Source: Azolla caroliniana | Lineage: Eukaryota; Plantae; Polypodiophyta | Length of the DNA: 64,000 nucleotides | Direction: 5' to 3' | Assembly (NCBI GenBank): GCA_043228905.1 | Contig: JBHGNT010000024.1 | Coordinates: forward strand, 372,001-436,000 | In this document: in pieces, positions 25,201-37,959 of the stretch | Numbering within the stretch: the first letter of the stretch is position 1 | Layout of the letters: the number at the start of each line of letters is the position of its first letter | Position numbers and translations under genes: made by a program | Notes under the pieces: generated by a model | Seen by the model: the letters and a program-made list of their open reading frames with translations, nothing else | Told to the model about the DNA's origin: nothing | Databases searched by the model: none

Positions 25201-28200
25201 CTAACAACGCTACCTATGATATGGAATTAAAAAATCAAGATTTTTAAACTCAGGTCGAGAGACATGACGAAATTACCAAATTTGAGGACTAAGTTGAGAA
25301 GAGCTAGTAGGTAAATTAAAATGTTCATACCTGGCTCGTGTCATATCGGATTTTTGTGTTCAAACATGCGAATCGAAGCTAACAACGCTACCTATGATAT
25401 GGAATTAAAAAATCAAGATTTTGAAACTCAGGTCGAGAGACATGACGAAAATAGCAAACTTGAGGAGGGAGTTGAGAGGAGCCCTTGAGTAAATTAAAAT
25501 GTTCATACCTGGCCCGTGTGATATCGGATTTTTGTGTTCAAACATGCAAATCGAAGCTAGCAACGCTAGCTATGATATGGAATTAAAAAATCAGGATTTT
25601 GAAACTCAGGTCGAGAGATGTGACGAAATTACCAAATTTGAGGAGTGATTTGAGAGGAGCCCTTGAGTAAATTAAAATGTTCATATCGGGCTCGTGTGAT
25701 ATCGGATTTTTGTGTTCAAACATGCAAATCGAAGCTAACAACGCTACCTATGATATGGAATTAAAAAATCAAGATTTTTAAACTCAGGTCGAGAGACATG
25801 ATGAAAATAGCAAACTTGAGGAGGGAGTTGAGAAGAGCCCTTGAGTAAATTAAAATGTTCATACCTCGCTCGTGTGATATCGGATTTTTGTGTTCAAACA
25901 TGCGAATCGAAGCTAACAACGCTACCTATGATATGGAATTAAAAAATCAAGATTTTGAAACTCAGGTCGAGAGACATGACGAAAATAGCAAACTTGAGGA
26001 GGGAGTTGAGAGGAGCCCTTGAGTAAATTAAAATGTTCATACCTGGCCCGTGTGATATCGGATTTTTGTGTTCAAACATGCAAATCGAAGCTAGCAACGC
26101 TAGCTATGATATGGAATTAAAAAATCAAGATTTTGAAACTCAGGTCGAGAGATGTGACGAAATTACCAAATTTGAGGAGTGATTTGAGAGGAGCCCTTGA
26201 GTAAATTAAAATGTTCATATCGGGCTCGTGTGATATCGGATTTTTGTGTTCAAATATGCAAATCGAAGCTAACAACGCTACCTATGATATGGAATTAAAA
26301 AATCAAGATTTTGAAACTCAGGTCGAGAGACATGATGAAAATAGCAAACTTGAGGAGGGAGTTGAGAAGAGCCCTTGAGTAAATTAAAATGTTCATATCG
26401 GGCTCGTGTGATATCGGATTTTTGTGTTCAAACATGCGAATCGAAGCTAACAACGCTACCTATGATATGGAATTAAAAAATCAAGATTTTGAAACTCAGG
26501 TCGAGAGACATGACGAAAATAGCAAACTTGAGGAGGGAGTTGAGAGGAGCCCTTGAGTAAATTAAAATGTTCATACCTGGCCCGTGTGATATCGGATTTT
26601 TGTGTTCAAACATGCAAATCGAAGCTAGCAACGCTAGCTATGATATGGAATTCAAAAATCAGGATTTTGAAACTCAGGTCGAGAGATGTGACGAAATTAC
26701 CAAATTTGAGGAGTGATTTGAGAGGAGCCCTTGAGTAAATTAAAATGTTCATATCGGGCTCGTGTGATATCGGATTTTTGTGTTCAAACATGCAAATCGA
26801 AGCTAACAACGCTACCTATGATATGGAATTAAAAAATCAAGATTTTTAAACTCAGGTCGAGAGACATGATGAAAATAGCAAACTTGAGGAGGGAGTTGAG
26901 AAGAGCCCTTGAGTAAATTAAAATGTTCATACCTCGCTCGTGTGATATCGGATTTTTGTGTTCAAACATGCGAATCGAAGCTAACAACGCTACCTATGAT
27001 ATGGAATTAAAAAATCAAGATTTTTAAACTCAGGTCGAGAGACATGACGAAATTACCAAATTTGAGGACTGAGTTGAGAAGAGCTAGTAGGTAAATTAAA
27101 ATGTTCATACCTGGCTCGTGTCATATCGGATTTTTGTGTTCAAACATGCGAATCGAAGCTAACAACGCTACCTATGATATGGAATTAAAAAATGAAGATT
27201 TTGAAACTCAGGTCGAGAGACATGACGAAAATAGCAAACTTGAGGAGGGAGTTGAGAAGAGCCCTTGAGTAAATTAAAATGTTCATACCTCGCTCGTGTG
27301 ATATCGCATTTTTGTGTTCAAACATGCGAATCGAAGCTAACAACGCTACCTATGATATGGAATTAAAAAATCAAGATTTTTAAACTCAGGTCGAGAGACA
27401 TGACGAAATTACCAAATTTGAGGAGTGAGTTGAGAAGAGGTAGTAGGTAAATTAAAATGTTCATACCTGGCTCGTGTCATATCGGATTTTTGTGTTCAAA
27501 CATGCGAATCGAAGCTAACAACGCTACCTATGATATGGAATTAAAAAATCAAGATTTTGAAACTCAGGTCGAGAGACATGACGAAAATAGCAAACTTGAG
27601 GAGGGAGTTGAGAGGAGCCCTTGAGTAAATTAAAATGTTCATACCTGGCCCGTGTGATATCGGATTTTTGTGTTCAAACATGCAAATCGAAGCTAGCAAC
27701 GCTAGCTATGATATGGAATTAAAAAATCAAGATTTTGAAACTCAGCTCGAGAGATGTGACGAAATTACCAAATTTGAGGAGTGATTTGAGAGGAGCCCTT
27801 GAGTAAATTAAAATGTTCATATCGGGCTCGTGTGATATCGGATTTTTGTGTTCAAACATGCAAATCGAAGCTAACAACGCTACCTATGATATGGAATTAA
27901 AAAATCAAGATTTTGAAACTCAGGTCGAGAGACATGATGAAAATAGCAAACTTGAGGAGGGAGTTGAGAAGAGCCCTTGAGTAAATTAAAATGTTCATAC
28001 CTGGCTCGTGTGATATCGGATTTTTGTGTTCAAACATGCGAATCGAAGCTAACAACGCTACCTATGATATGGAATTAAAAAATCAAGATTTTGAAACTCA
28101 GGTCGAGAGACATGACGAAAATAGCAAACTTGAGGAAGGAGTTGAGAGGAGCCCTTGAGTAAATTAAAATGTTCATACCTGGCTCGTGTGATATCGGATT

Positions 28201-31000
28201 TTTGTGTTCAAACATGCGAATCGAAGCTAACAACGCTACCTATGATATGGAATTAAAAAATCAAGAATTTGAAACTCAGGTCGAGAGATGTGACGAAATT
28301 ACCAAATTTGAGGAGTGATTTGAGAGGAGCCCTTGAGTAAATTAAAATGTTCATATCGGGCTCGTGTGATATCGGATTTTTGTGTTCAAACATGCTAATC
28401 GAAGCTAACAATGCTACCTATGATATGGAATTAAAAAATCAAGATTTTGAAACTCAGCTCGAGAGACATGACGAAAATAGCAAACTTGAGGAAGGAGTTG
28501 AGAAGAGCTAGTAGGTCAATTAAAATGTTCATACCTGGCTCGTGTGATATCCGATTTTTGTGTTCAAACATGGGAATCGAAGCTAACAACGCTAGCTATG
28601 ATATGGAATTAAAAAATCAACATTTTGAAACTCATGTCGAGAGATGTGACGAAATTACCAAATTTGAGGAGTGATTTGAGAGGAGCCCTTGAGTAAATTA
28701 AAATGTTCATATCGGGCTCGTGTGATATCGGATTTTTGTGTTCAAACATGCGAATCGAAGCTAACAACGCTACCTATGATATGGAATTAAAAAATCAAGA
28801 TTTTTAAACTCAGGTCGAGAGACATGACGAAATTACCAAATTTGAGGACTGAGTTGAGAAGAGCTAGTAGGTAAATTAAAATGTTCATACCTGGCTCGTG
28901 TCATATCGGATTTTTGTGTTCAAACATGCGAATCGAAGCTAACAACGCTACCTATGATATGGAATGAAAAAATCAAGATTTTGAAACTCAGGTCGAGAGA
29001 TGTGACGAAATTACCAAATTTGAGGAGTGATTTGAGAGGAGCCCTTGAGTAAATTAAAATGTTCATATCGGGCTCGTGTGATATCGGATTTTTGTGTTCA
29101 AACATGCAAATCGAAGCTAACAACGCTACCTATGATATGGAATTAAAAAATCAAGATTTTGAAACTCAGGTCGAGAGACATGATGAAAATAGCAAACTTG
29201 AGGAGGGAGTTGAGAGGAGCCCTTGAGTAAATTAAAATTTTCATATCGGGCTCGTGTGATATCGGATTTTTGTGTTCAAACATGCAAATCGAAGCTAACA
29301 ACGCTACCTATGATATGGAATTAAAAAATCAAGATTTTTAAACTCAGGTCGAGAGACATGATGAAAATAGCAAACTTGAGGAGTGATTTGAGAGGAGCCC
29401 TTGAGTAAATTAAAATGTTCATATCGGGCTCGTGTGATATCGGATTTTTGTGTTCAAACATGCAAATCGAAGCTAACAACGCTACCTATGATATGGAATT
29501 AAAAAATCAAGATTTTTAAACTCAGGTCGAGAGACATGACGAAATTACCAAATTTGAGGACTGAGTTGAGAAGAGCTAGTAGGTAAATTAAAATGTTCAT
29601 ACCTGGCTCGTGTCATATCGGATTTTTGTGTTCAAACATGCGAATCGAAGCTAACAACGCTACCTATGATATGGAATTAAAAAATCAAGATTTTGAAACT
29701 CAGGTCGAGAGACATGACGAAAATAGCAAACTTGAGGAGGGAGTTGAGAGGAGCCCTTGAGTAAATTAAAATGTTCATACCTGGCGCGTGTGATATCGGA
29801 TTTTTGTGTTCAAACATGCAAATCGAAGCTAGCAACGCTAGCTATGATATGGAATTAAAAAATCAGGATTTTGAAACTCAGGTCGAGAGATGTGACGAAA
29901 TTACCAAATTTGAGGAGTGATTTGAGAGGAGCCCTTGAGTAAATTAAAATGTTCATATCGGGCTCGTGTGATATCGGATTTTTGTGTTCAAACATGCAAA
30001 TCGAAGCTAACAACGCTACCTATGATATGGAATTAAAAAATCAAGATTTTTAAACTCAGGTCGAGAGACATGATGAAAATAGCAAACTTGAGGAGGGAGT
30101 TGAGAAGAGCCCTTGAGTAAATTAAAATGTTCATACCTCGCTCGTGTGATATCGGATTTTTGTGTTCAAACATGCGAATCGAAGCTAACAACGCTACCTA
30201 TGATATGGAATTAAAAAATCAAGATTTTTAAACTCAGGTCGAGAGACATGACGAAATTACCAAATTTGAGGACTAAGTTGAGAAGAGCTAGTAGGTAAAT
30301 TAAAATGTTCATACCTGGCTCGTGTGATATCGGATTTTTGTGTTCAAACATGCGAATCGAAGCTAACAACGCTACCTATGATATGGAATTAAAAAATCAA
30401 GATTTTGAAACTCAGGTCGAGAGACATGACGAAAATAGCAAACTTGAGGAGGGAGTTGAGAGGAGCCCTTGAGTAAATTAAAATGTTCATACCTGGCGCG
30501 TGTGATATCGGATTTTTGTGTTCAAACATGCAAATCGAAGCTAGCAACGCTAGCTATGATATGGAATTAAAAAATCAGGATTTTGAAACTCAGGTCGAGA
30601 GATGTGACGAAATTACCAAATTTGAGGAGTGATTTGAGAGGAGCCCTTGAGTAAATTAAAATGTTCATATCGGGCTCGTGTGATATCGGATTTTTGTGTT
30701 CAAACATGCAAATCGAAGCTAACAACGCTACCTATGATATGGAATTAAAAAATCAAGATTTTTAAACTCAGGTCGAGAGACATGACGAAAATAGCAAACT
30801 TGAGGAGGGAGTTGAGAAGAGCCCTTGAGTAAATTAAAATGTTCATACCTCGCTCGTGTGATATCGGATTTTTGTGTTCAAACATGCGAATCGAAGCTAA
30901 CAACGCTACCTATGATATGGAATTAAAAAATCAAGATTTTAAAACTCAGGTCGAGAGACATGACGAAATTACCAAATTTGAGGACTGAGTTGAGAAGAGC
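21374..31000 (+). repeat. Degenerate 4-mer (712 bp) higher-order repeat region, A-B-C-D
   Basis: Recurrent order: A (TATCGGG, GCAAA, GATG), B (CCTCGC, TTACC, GACTGAG, GCTAGTAGG), C (GTCATA), D (GGCCCG/GGCGCG, GCTAGCAAC, GATGTG). Examples are 22830/23008/23186/23364 and 24966/25144/25322/25500, interrupted by hybrid monomers. Confidence 0.8.
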
Positions 31001-33969
31001 TAGTAGGTAAATTAAAATGTTCATACCTAGCTCGTGTGATATCAGATTTTTGTGTTCAAACATGCGAATCGAAGCTAACAACGCTACCTATGATATGGAA
31101 TTAAAAAATCAAGATTTTGAAACTCAGGTCGAGAGACATGATGAAAATAGCAAACTTGAGGAAGGAGTTGAGAGGAGCCCTTGAGTAAATTAAAATGTTC
31201 ATACCTGGCTCGTGTGATATCGGATTTTTGTGTTCAAACATGCGAATCGAAGCTAACAACGCTAGCTATGATATGGAATTAAAAAATCAGGATTTTGAAA
31301 CTCAGGTCGAGAGATGTGACGAAATTACCAAATTTGAGGAGTGATTTGAGAGGAGCCCTTGAGTAAATTAAAATGTTCATATCGGGCTCGTGTGATATCG
31401 GATTTTTGTGTTTAAACATGCGAATCGAAGCTAACAATGCTACCTATGATATGGAATTAAAAAATCAAGATTTTGAAACTCAGCTCGAGAGACATGACGA
31501 AAATAGCAAACTTGAGGAAGGAGTTGAGAAGAGCTAGTAGGTCAATTAAAATGTTCATACCTGGCTCGTGTGATATCCGATTTTTGTGTTCAAACATGGG
31601 AATCGAAGCTAACAACGCTAGCTATGATATGGAATTAAAAAATCAACATTTTGAAACTCATGTCGAGAGATGTGACGAAATTACCAAATTTGAGGAGTGA
31701 TTTCAGAGGAGCCCTTGAGTAAATTAAAATGTTCATATCGGGCTCGTGTGATATCGGATTTTTGTGTTCAAACATGTAAATCGAAGCTAACAACGCTACC
31801 TATGATATGGAATTAAAAAATCAAGATGTTTAAACTCAGGTCGAGAGACATGACGAAATTACCAAATTTGAGGAGTGAGTTGAGAAGAGGTAGTAGGTAA
31901 ATTAAAATGTTCATACCTGGCTCGTGTCATATCGGATTTTTGTGTTCAAACATGCGAATCGAAGCTAACAACGCTACCTATGATATGGAATTAAAAAATC
32001 AAGATTTTGAAACTCAGGTCGAGAGACATGATGAAAATAGCAAACTTGAGGAGGGAGTTGAGAAGAGCCCTTGAGTAAATTAAAATGTTCATACCTGGCT
32101 CGTGTGATATCGGATTTTTGTGTTCAAACATGCGAATCGAAGCTAACAACGCTACCTATGATATAGAATTAAAAAATCAAGATTTTTAAACTCAGGTCGA
32201 GAGACATGACGAAATTACCAAATTTGAGGACTGAGTTGAGAAGAGCTAGTAGGTAAATTAAAATGTTCATACCTAGCTCGTGTGATATCAGATTTTTGTG
32301 TTCAAACATGCGAATCGAAGCTAACAACGCTACCTATGATATGGAATTAAAAAATCAAGATTTTGAAACTCAGGTCGAGAGACATGACGAAAATAGCAAA
32401 CTTGAGGAAGGAGTTGAGAGGAGCCCTTGAGTAAATTAAAATGTTCATACCTGGCTCGTGTGATATCGGATTTTTGTGTTCAAACATGCGAATCGAAGCT
32501 AACAACGCTACCTATGATATGGAATTAAAAAATCAAGAATTTGAAACTCAGGTCGAGAGATGTGACGAAATTACCAAATTTGAGGAGTGATTTGAGAGGA
32601 GCCCTTGAGTAAATTAAAATGTTCATATCGGGCTCGTGTGATATCGGATTTTTGTGTTCAAACATGCAAATCGAAGCTAACAATGCTACCTATGATATGG
32701 AATTAAAAAATCAAGATTTTGAAACTCAGCTCGAGAGACATGACGAAAATAGCAAACTTGAGGAAGGAGTTGAGAAGAGCTAGTAGGTCAATTAAAATGT
32801 TCATACCTGGCTCGTGTGATATCGGATTTTTGTGTTCAAACATGCGAATCGAAGCTAACAACGCTACCTATGATATGGAATTAAAAAATCAAGATTTTGA
32901 AACTCAGGTCGAGAGACATGACGAAAATAGCAAACTTGAGGAAGGAGTTGAGAGGAGCCCTTGAGTAAATTAAAATGTTCATACCTGGCTCGTGTGATAT
33001 CGGATTTTTGTGTTCAAACATGCGAATCGAAGCTAACAACTCTAGCTATGATATGGAATTAAAAAATCAAGAATTTGAAACTCAGGTCGAGAGATGTGAT
33101 GAAATTACCAAATTTGAGGAGTGATTTGAGAGGAGCCCTTGAGTAAATTAAAATGTTCATATCGGGCTCGTGTGATATCGGATTTTTGTGTTCAAACATG
33201 CGAATCGAAGCTAACAATGCTACCTATGATATGGAATTAAAAAATCAAGATTTTGAAACTCAGCTCAAGAGACATGACGAAAATAGCAAACTTGAGGAAG
33301 GAGTTGAGAAGAGCTAGTAGGTCAATTAAAATGTTCATACCTGGCTCGTGTGATATCCGATTTTTGTGTTCAAACATGGGAATCGAAGCTAACAACGCTA
33401 GCTATGATATGGAATTAAAAAATCAACATTTTGAAACTCATGTCGAGAGATGTGACGAAATTACCAAATTTGAGGAGTGATTTGAGAGGAGCCCTTGAGT
33501 AAATTAAAATGTTCATATCGGGCTCGTGTGATATCGGATTTTTGTGTTCAAACATGTAAATCGAAGCTAACAACGCTACCTATGATATGGAATTAAAAAA
33601 TCAAGATTTTTAAACTCAGGTCGAGAGACATGACGAAATTACCAAATTTGAGGAGTGAGTTGAGAAGAGGTAGTAGGTAAATTAAAATGTTCATACCTGG
33701 CTCGAGTCATATCGGATTTTTGTGTTCAAACATGCGAATCGAAGCTAACAACGCTACCTATGATATGGAATTAAAAAATCAAGATTTTGAAACTCAGGTC
33801 GAGAGACATGACGAAAATAGCAAACTTGAGGAGGGAGTTGAGAGGAGCCCTTGAGTAAATTAAAATGTTCATACCTGGCGCGTGTGATATCGGATTTTTG
33901 TGTTCAAACATGCAAATCGAAGCTAGCAACGCTAGCTATGATATGGAATTAAAAAATCAAGATTTTGAA

Positions 33970-34640
33970 ACTCAAGTCGAGAGACATAACGAAAATAGCA
34001 AACTTGAGGAGGGAGTTGAGAGGAGCCCTTGAGTAAATTAAAATGTTCATACCTGGCTCTTGTGATATCGGATTTTTGTGATCAAACATGCGAATCGAAG
34101 CTAACAACGCTAGCTATGATATGGAATTTAAAAATCAAGATTTTAAAAGTCAAGTCCAGAGACATGACCACAATAGCAAACCTGAGGAGGGAGTTGAGAG
34201 GAGCCCTTGAGTAAATTAAAATGTTCATACCTGGCTCGTGTGATATCGGATTTTTGTGTTCAAACATGCAAATGGAAGCTAACAACGCTAGCTATGTTGT
34301 GGAATTAAAAAATCAAGATTTTGAAACTCAAGTCCAGAGACATGACGAAATTACCAATTTTGAGGAGTGAGTTGAGAAGAGCTAGTAGGTAAATTAAAAT
34401 GCTCATTCCTGGCTCGTGTGATATCGGATTTTTGTGTTCAAACATGCGAATCGAAGCTAACAACGCTAGCTATGATATGGAATTTAAAAATCAAGATTTT
34501 AAAAGTCAAGTCCAGAGACATGACCACAATAGCAAACTTGAGGAGGGGGTTGAGAGGAGCCCTTGAGTAAATTAAAATGTTCATACCTGGCTCGTGTGAT
34601 ATCGGATTTTTGTGTTCAAACATGCAAATCGAAGCTGGCG
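33970..34640 (+). repeat. Patch of diverged satellite monomers
   Basis: Monomer 34044 has ~10 substitutions versus consensus (e.g. TTTTAAAAGTCAAGTCCAGAGACATGACCACAATAG). Neighbours carry other private changes (AATGGAAG, TATGTTGTGG, ATGCTCATTCC, GCTGGCGACG). Confidence 0.9.
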
Positions 34641-34755
34641 ACGCTACCTATGATATGGAATTAAAAAATCAAGAATTTGAAACTCAGGTCGAGAGATGTG
34701 ACGAAATTACCAAATTTGAGGAGTGATTTGAGAGGAGCCCTTGAGTAAATTAAAA

Positions 34756-36480
34756 TGTTCATATCGGGCTCGTGTGATATCGGATTTTTGTGTTCAAACA
34801 TGCAAATCGAAGCTAACAACGCTACCTATGATATGGAATTAAAAAATCAAGATTTTTAAACTCAGGTCGAGAGACATGATGAAAATAGCAAACTTGAGGA
34901 GGGAGTTGAGAAGAGCCCTTGAGTAAATTAAAATGTTCATACCTGGCTCGTGTGATATCGGATTTTTGTGTTCAAACATGCGAATCGAAGCTAACAACGC
35001 TACCTATGATATGGAATTAAAAAATCAAGATTTTTAAACTCAGGTCGAGAGACATGACGAAATTACCAAATTTGAGGACTGAGTTGAGAAGAGCTAGTAG
35101 GTAAATTAAAATGTTCATACCTAGGTCGTGTGATATCGGATTTTTGTGTTCAAACATGCGAATCGAAGCTAACAACGCTACCTATGATATGGAATTAAAA
35201 AATCAAGATTTTGAAACTCAGGTCGAGAGACATGACGAAAATAGCAAACTTGAGGAAGGAGTTGAGAGGAGCCCTTGAGTAAATTAAAATGTTCATACCT
35301 GGCTCGTGTGATATCGGATTTTTGTGTTCAAACATGCGAATCGAAGCTAACAACGCTACCTATGATATGGAATTAAAAAATCAAGAATTTGAAACTCAGG
35401 TCGAGAGATGTGACGAAATTACCAAATTTGAGGAGTGATTTGAGAGGAGCCCTTGAGTAAATTAAAATGTTCATATCGGGCTCGTGTGATATCGGATTTT
35501 TGTGTTCAAACATGCAAATCGAAGCTAAGAACGCTACCTATGATATGGAATTAAAAAATCAAGATTTTTAAACTCAGGTCGAGAGACATGATGAAAATAG
35601 CAAACTTGAGGAGGGAGTTGAGAAGAGCCCTTGAGTAAATTAAAATGTTCATACCTGGCTCGTGTGATATCGGATTTTTGTGTTTAAACATGCGAATCGA
35701 AGCTAACAACGCTACCTATGATATGGAATTAAAAAATCAAGATTTTTAAACTCAGGTCGAGAGACATGACGAAATTACCAAATTTGAGGACTGAGTTGAG
35801 AAGAGCTAGTAGGTAAATTAAAATGTTCATACCTAGGTCGTGTGATATCGGATTTTTGTGTTCAAACATGCGAATCGAAGCTAACAACGCTACCTATGAT
35901 ATGGAATTAAAAAATCAAGATTTTGAAACTCAGGTCGAGAGACATGACGAAAATAGCAAACTTGAGGAAGGAGTTGAGAGGAGCCCTTGAGTAAATTAAA
36001 ATGTTCATACCTGGCTCGTGTGATATCGGATTTTTGTGTTCAAACATGCGAATCGAAGCTAACAACGCTACCTATGATATGGAATTAAAAAATCAAGAAT
36101 TTGAAACTCAGGTCGAGAGATGTGACGAAATTACCAAATTTGAGGAGTGATTTGAGAGGAGCCCTTGAGTAAATTAAAATGTTCATATCGGGCTCGTGTG
36201 ATATCGGATTTTTGTGTTCAAACATGCAAATCGAAGCTAAGAACGCTACCTATGATATGGAATTAAAAAATCAAGATTTTTAAACTCAGGTCGAGAGACA
36301 TGATGAAAATAGCAAACTTGAGGAGGGAGTTGAGAAGAGCCCTTGAGTAAATTAAAATGTTCATACCTGGCTCGTGTGATATCGGATTTTTGTGTTCAAA
36401 CATGCGAATCGAAGCTAACAACGCTACCTATGATATGGAATTAAAAAATCAAGATTTTTAAACTCAGGTCGAGAGACATG
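34756..36480 (+). repeat. Tandem 4-mer repeat (712 bp), about 2.4 copies
   Basis: The private variant GCTAAGAACG has its G at 35529 and 36241. CCTAGGTCG monomers lie at 35112 and 35824. Confidence 0.85.
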
Positions 36481-36891
36481 ACGAAAATAGCAAACTTGAG
36501 GAGGGAGTTGAGAGGAGCCCTTGAGTAAATTAAAATGTTCATACCTGGCCCGTGTGATATCGGATTTTTGTGTTCAAACATGCAAATCGAAGCTAGCAAC
36601 GCTAGCTATGATATGGAATTAAAAAATCAAGATTTTGAAACTCAGGTCGAGAGATGTGACGAAATTACCAAATTTGAGGAGTGATTTGAGAGGAGCCCTT
36701 GAGTAAATTAAAATGTTCATATCGGGCTCGTGTGATATCGGATTTTTGAGTTCAAACATGCGAATCGAAGCTAACAACGCTACCTATGATATGGAATTAA
36801 AAAATCAAGATTTCGAAACTCAGGTCGAGAGACATGACGAAAATAGCAAACTTGAGGAAGGAGTTGAGAGGAGCCCTTGAGTAAATTAAAA

Positions 36892-37959
36892 TGTTCATAC
36901 CTGGCTCGTGTGATATCGGATTTTTGTGTTCAAACATGCGAATCGAAGCTAACAACTCTAGCTATGATATGGAATTAAAAAATCAAGAATTTGAAACTCA
37001 GGTCGAGAGATGTGACGAAATTACCAAATTTGAGGAGTGATTTGAGAGGAGCCCTTGAGTAAATTAAAATGTTCATATCGGGCTCGTGTGGTATCGGATT
37101 TTTGTGTTCAAACATGCGAATCGATGCTAACAATGCTACCTATGATATGGAATTAAAAAATCAAGATTTTGAAACTCAGCTCGAGAGACATGACGAAAAT
37201 AGCAAACTTGAGGAAGGAGTTGAGAAGAGCTAGTAGGTCAATTAAAATGTTCATACCTGGCTCGTGTGATATCCGATTTTTGTGTTCAAACATGGGAATC
37301 GAAGCTAACAACGCTAGCTATGATATGGAATTAAAAAATCAAGATTTTGAAACTCAGGTCGAGAGACATGATGAAAATAGCAAACTTGAGGAGGGAGTTG
37401 AGAAGAGCCCTTGAGTAAATTAAAATGTTCATACCTGGCTCGTGTGATATCGGATTTTTGTGTTCAAACATGCGAATCGAAGCTAACAACTCTAGCTATG
37501 ATATGGAATTAAAAAATCAAGAATTTGAAACTCAGGTCGAGAGATGTGACGAAATTACCAAATTTGAGGAGTGATTTGAGAGGAGCCCTTGAGTAAATTA
37601 AAATGTTCATATCGGGCTCGTGTGGTATCGGATTTTTGTGTTCAAACATGCGAATCGATGCTAACAATGCTACCTATGATATGGAATTAAAAAATCAAGA
37701 TTTTGAAACTCAGCTCGAGAGACATGACGAAAATAGCAAACTTGAGGAAGGAGTTGAGAAGAGCTAGTAGGTCAATTAAAATGTTCATACCTGGCTCGTG
37801 TGATATCCGATTTTTGTGTTCAAACATGGGAATCGAAGCTAACAACGCTAGCTATGATATGGAATTAAAAAATCAAGATTTTGAAACTCAGGTCGAGAGA
37901 CATGATGAAAATAGCAAACTTGAGGAGGGAGTTGAGAAGAGCCCTTGAGTAAATTAAAA
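36892..37959 (+). repeat. Tandem 3-mer duplication (534 bp)
   Basis: Variants AACTCTAGC, GTGGTATC and TCGATGCT each repeat at 534 = 3x178. Confidence 0.92.
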
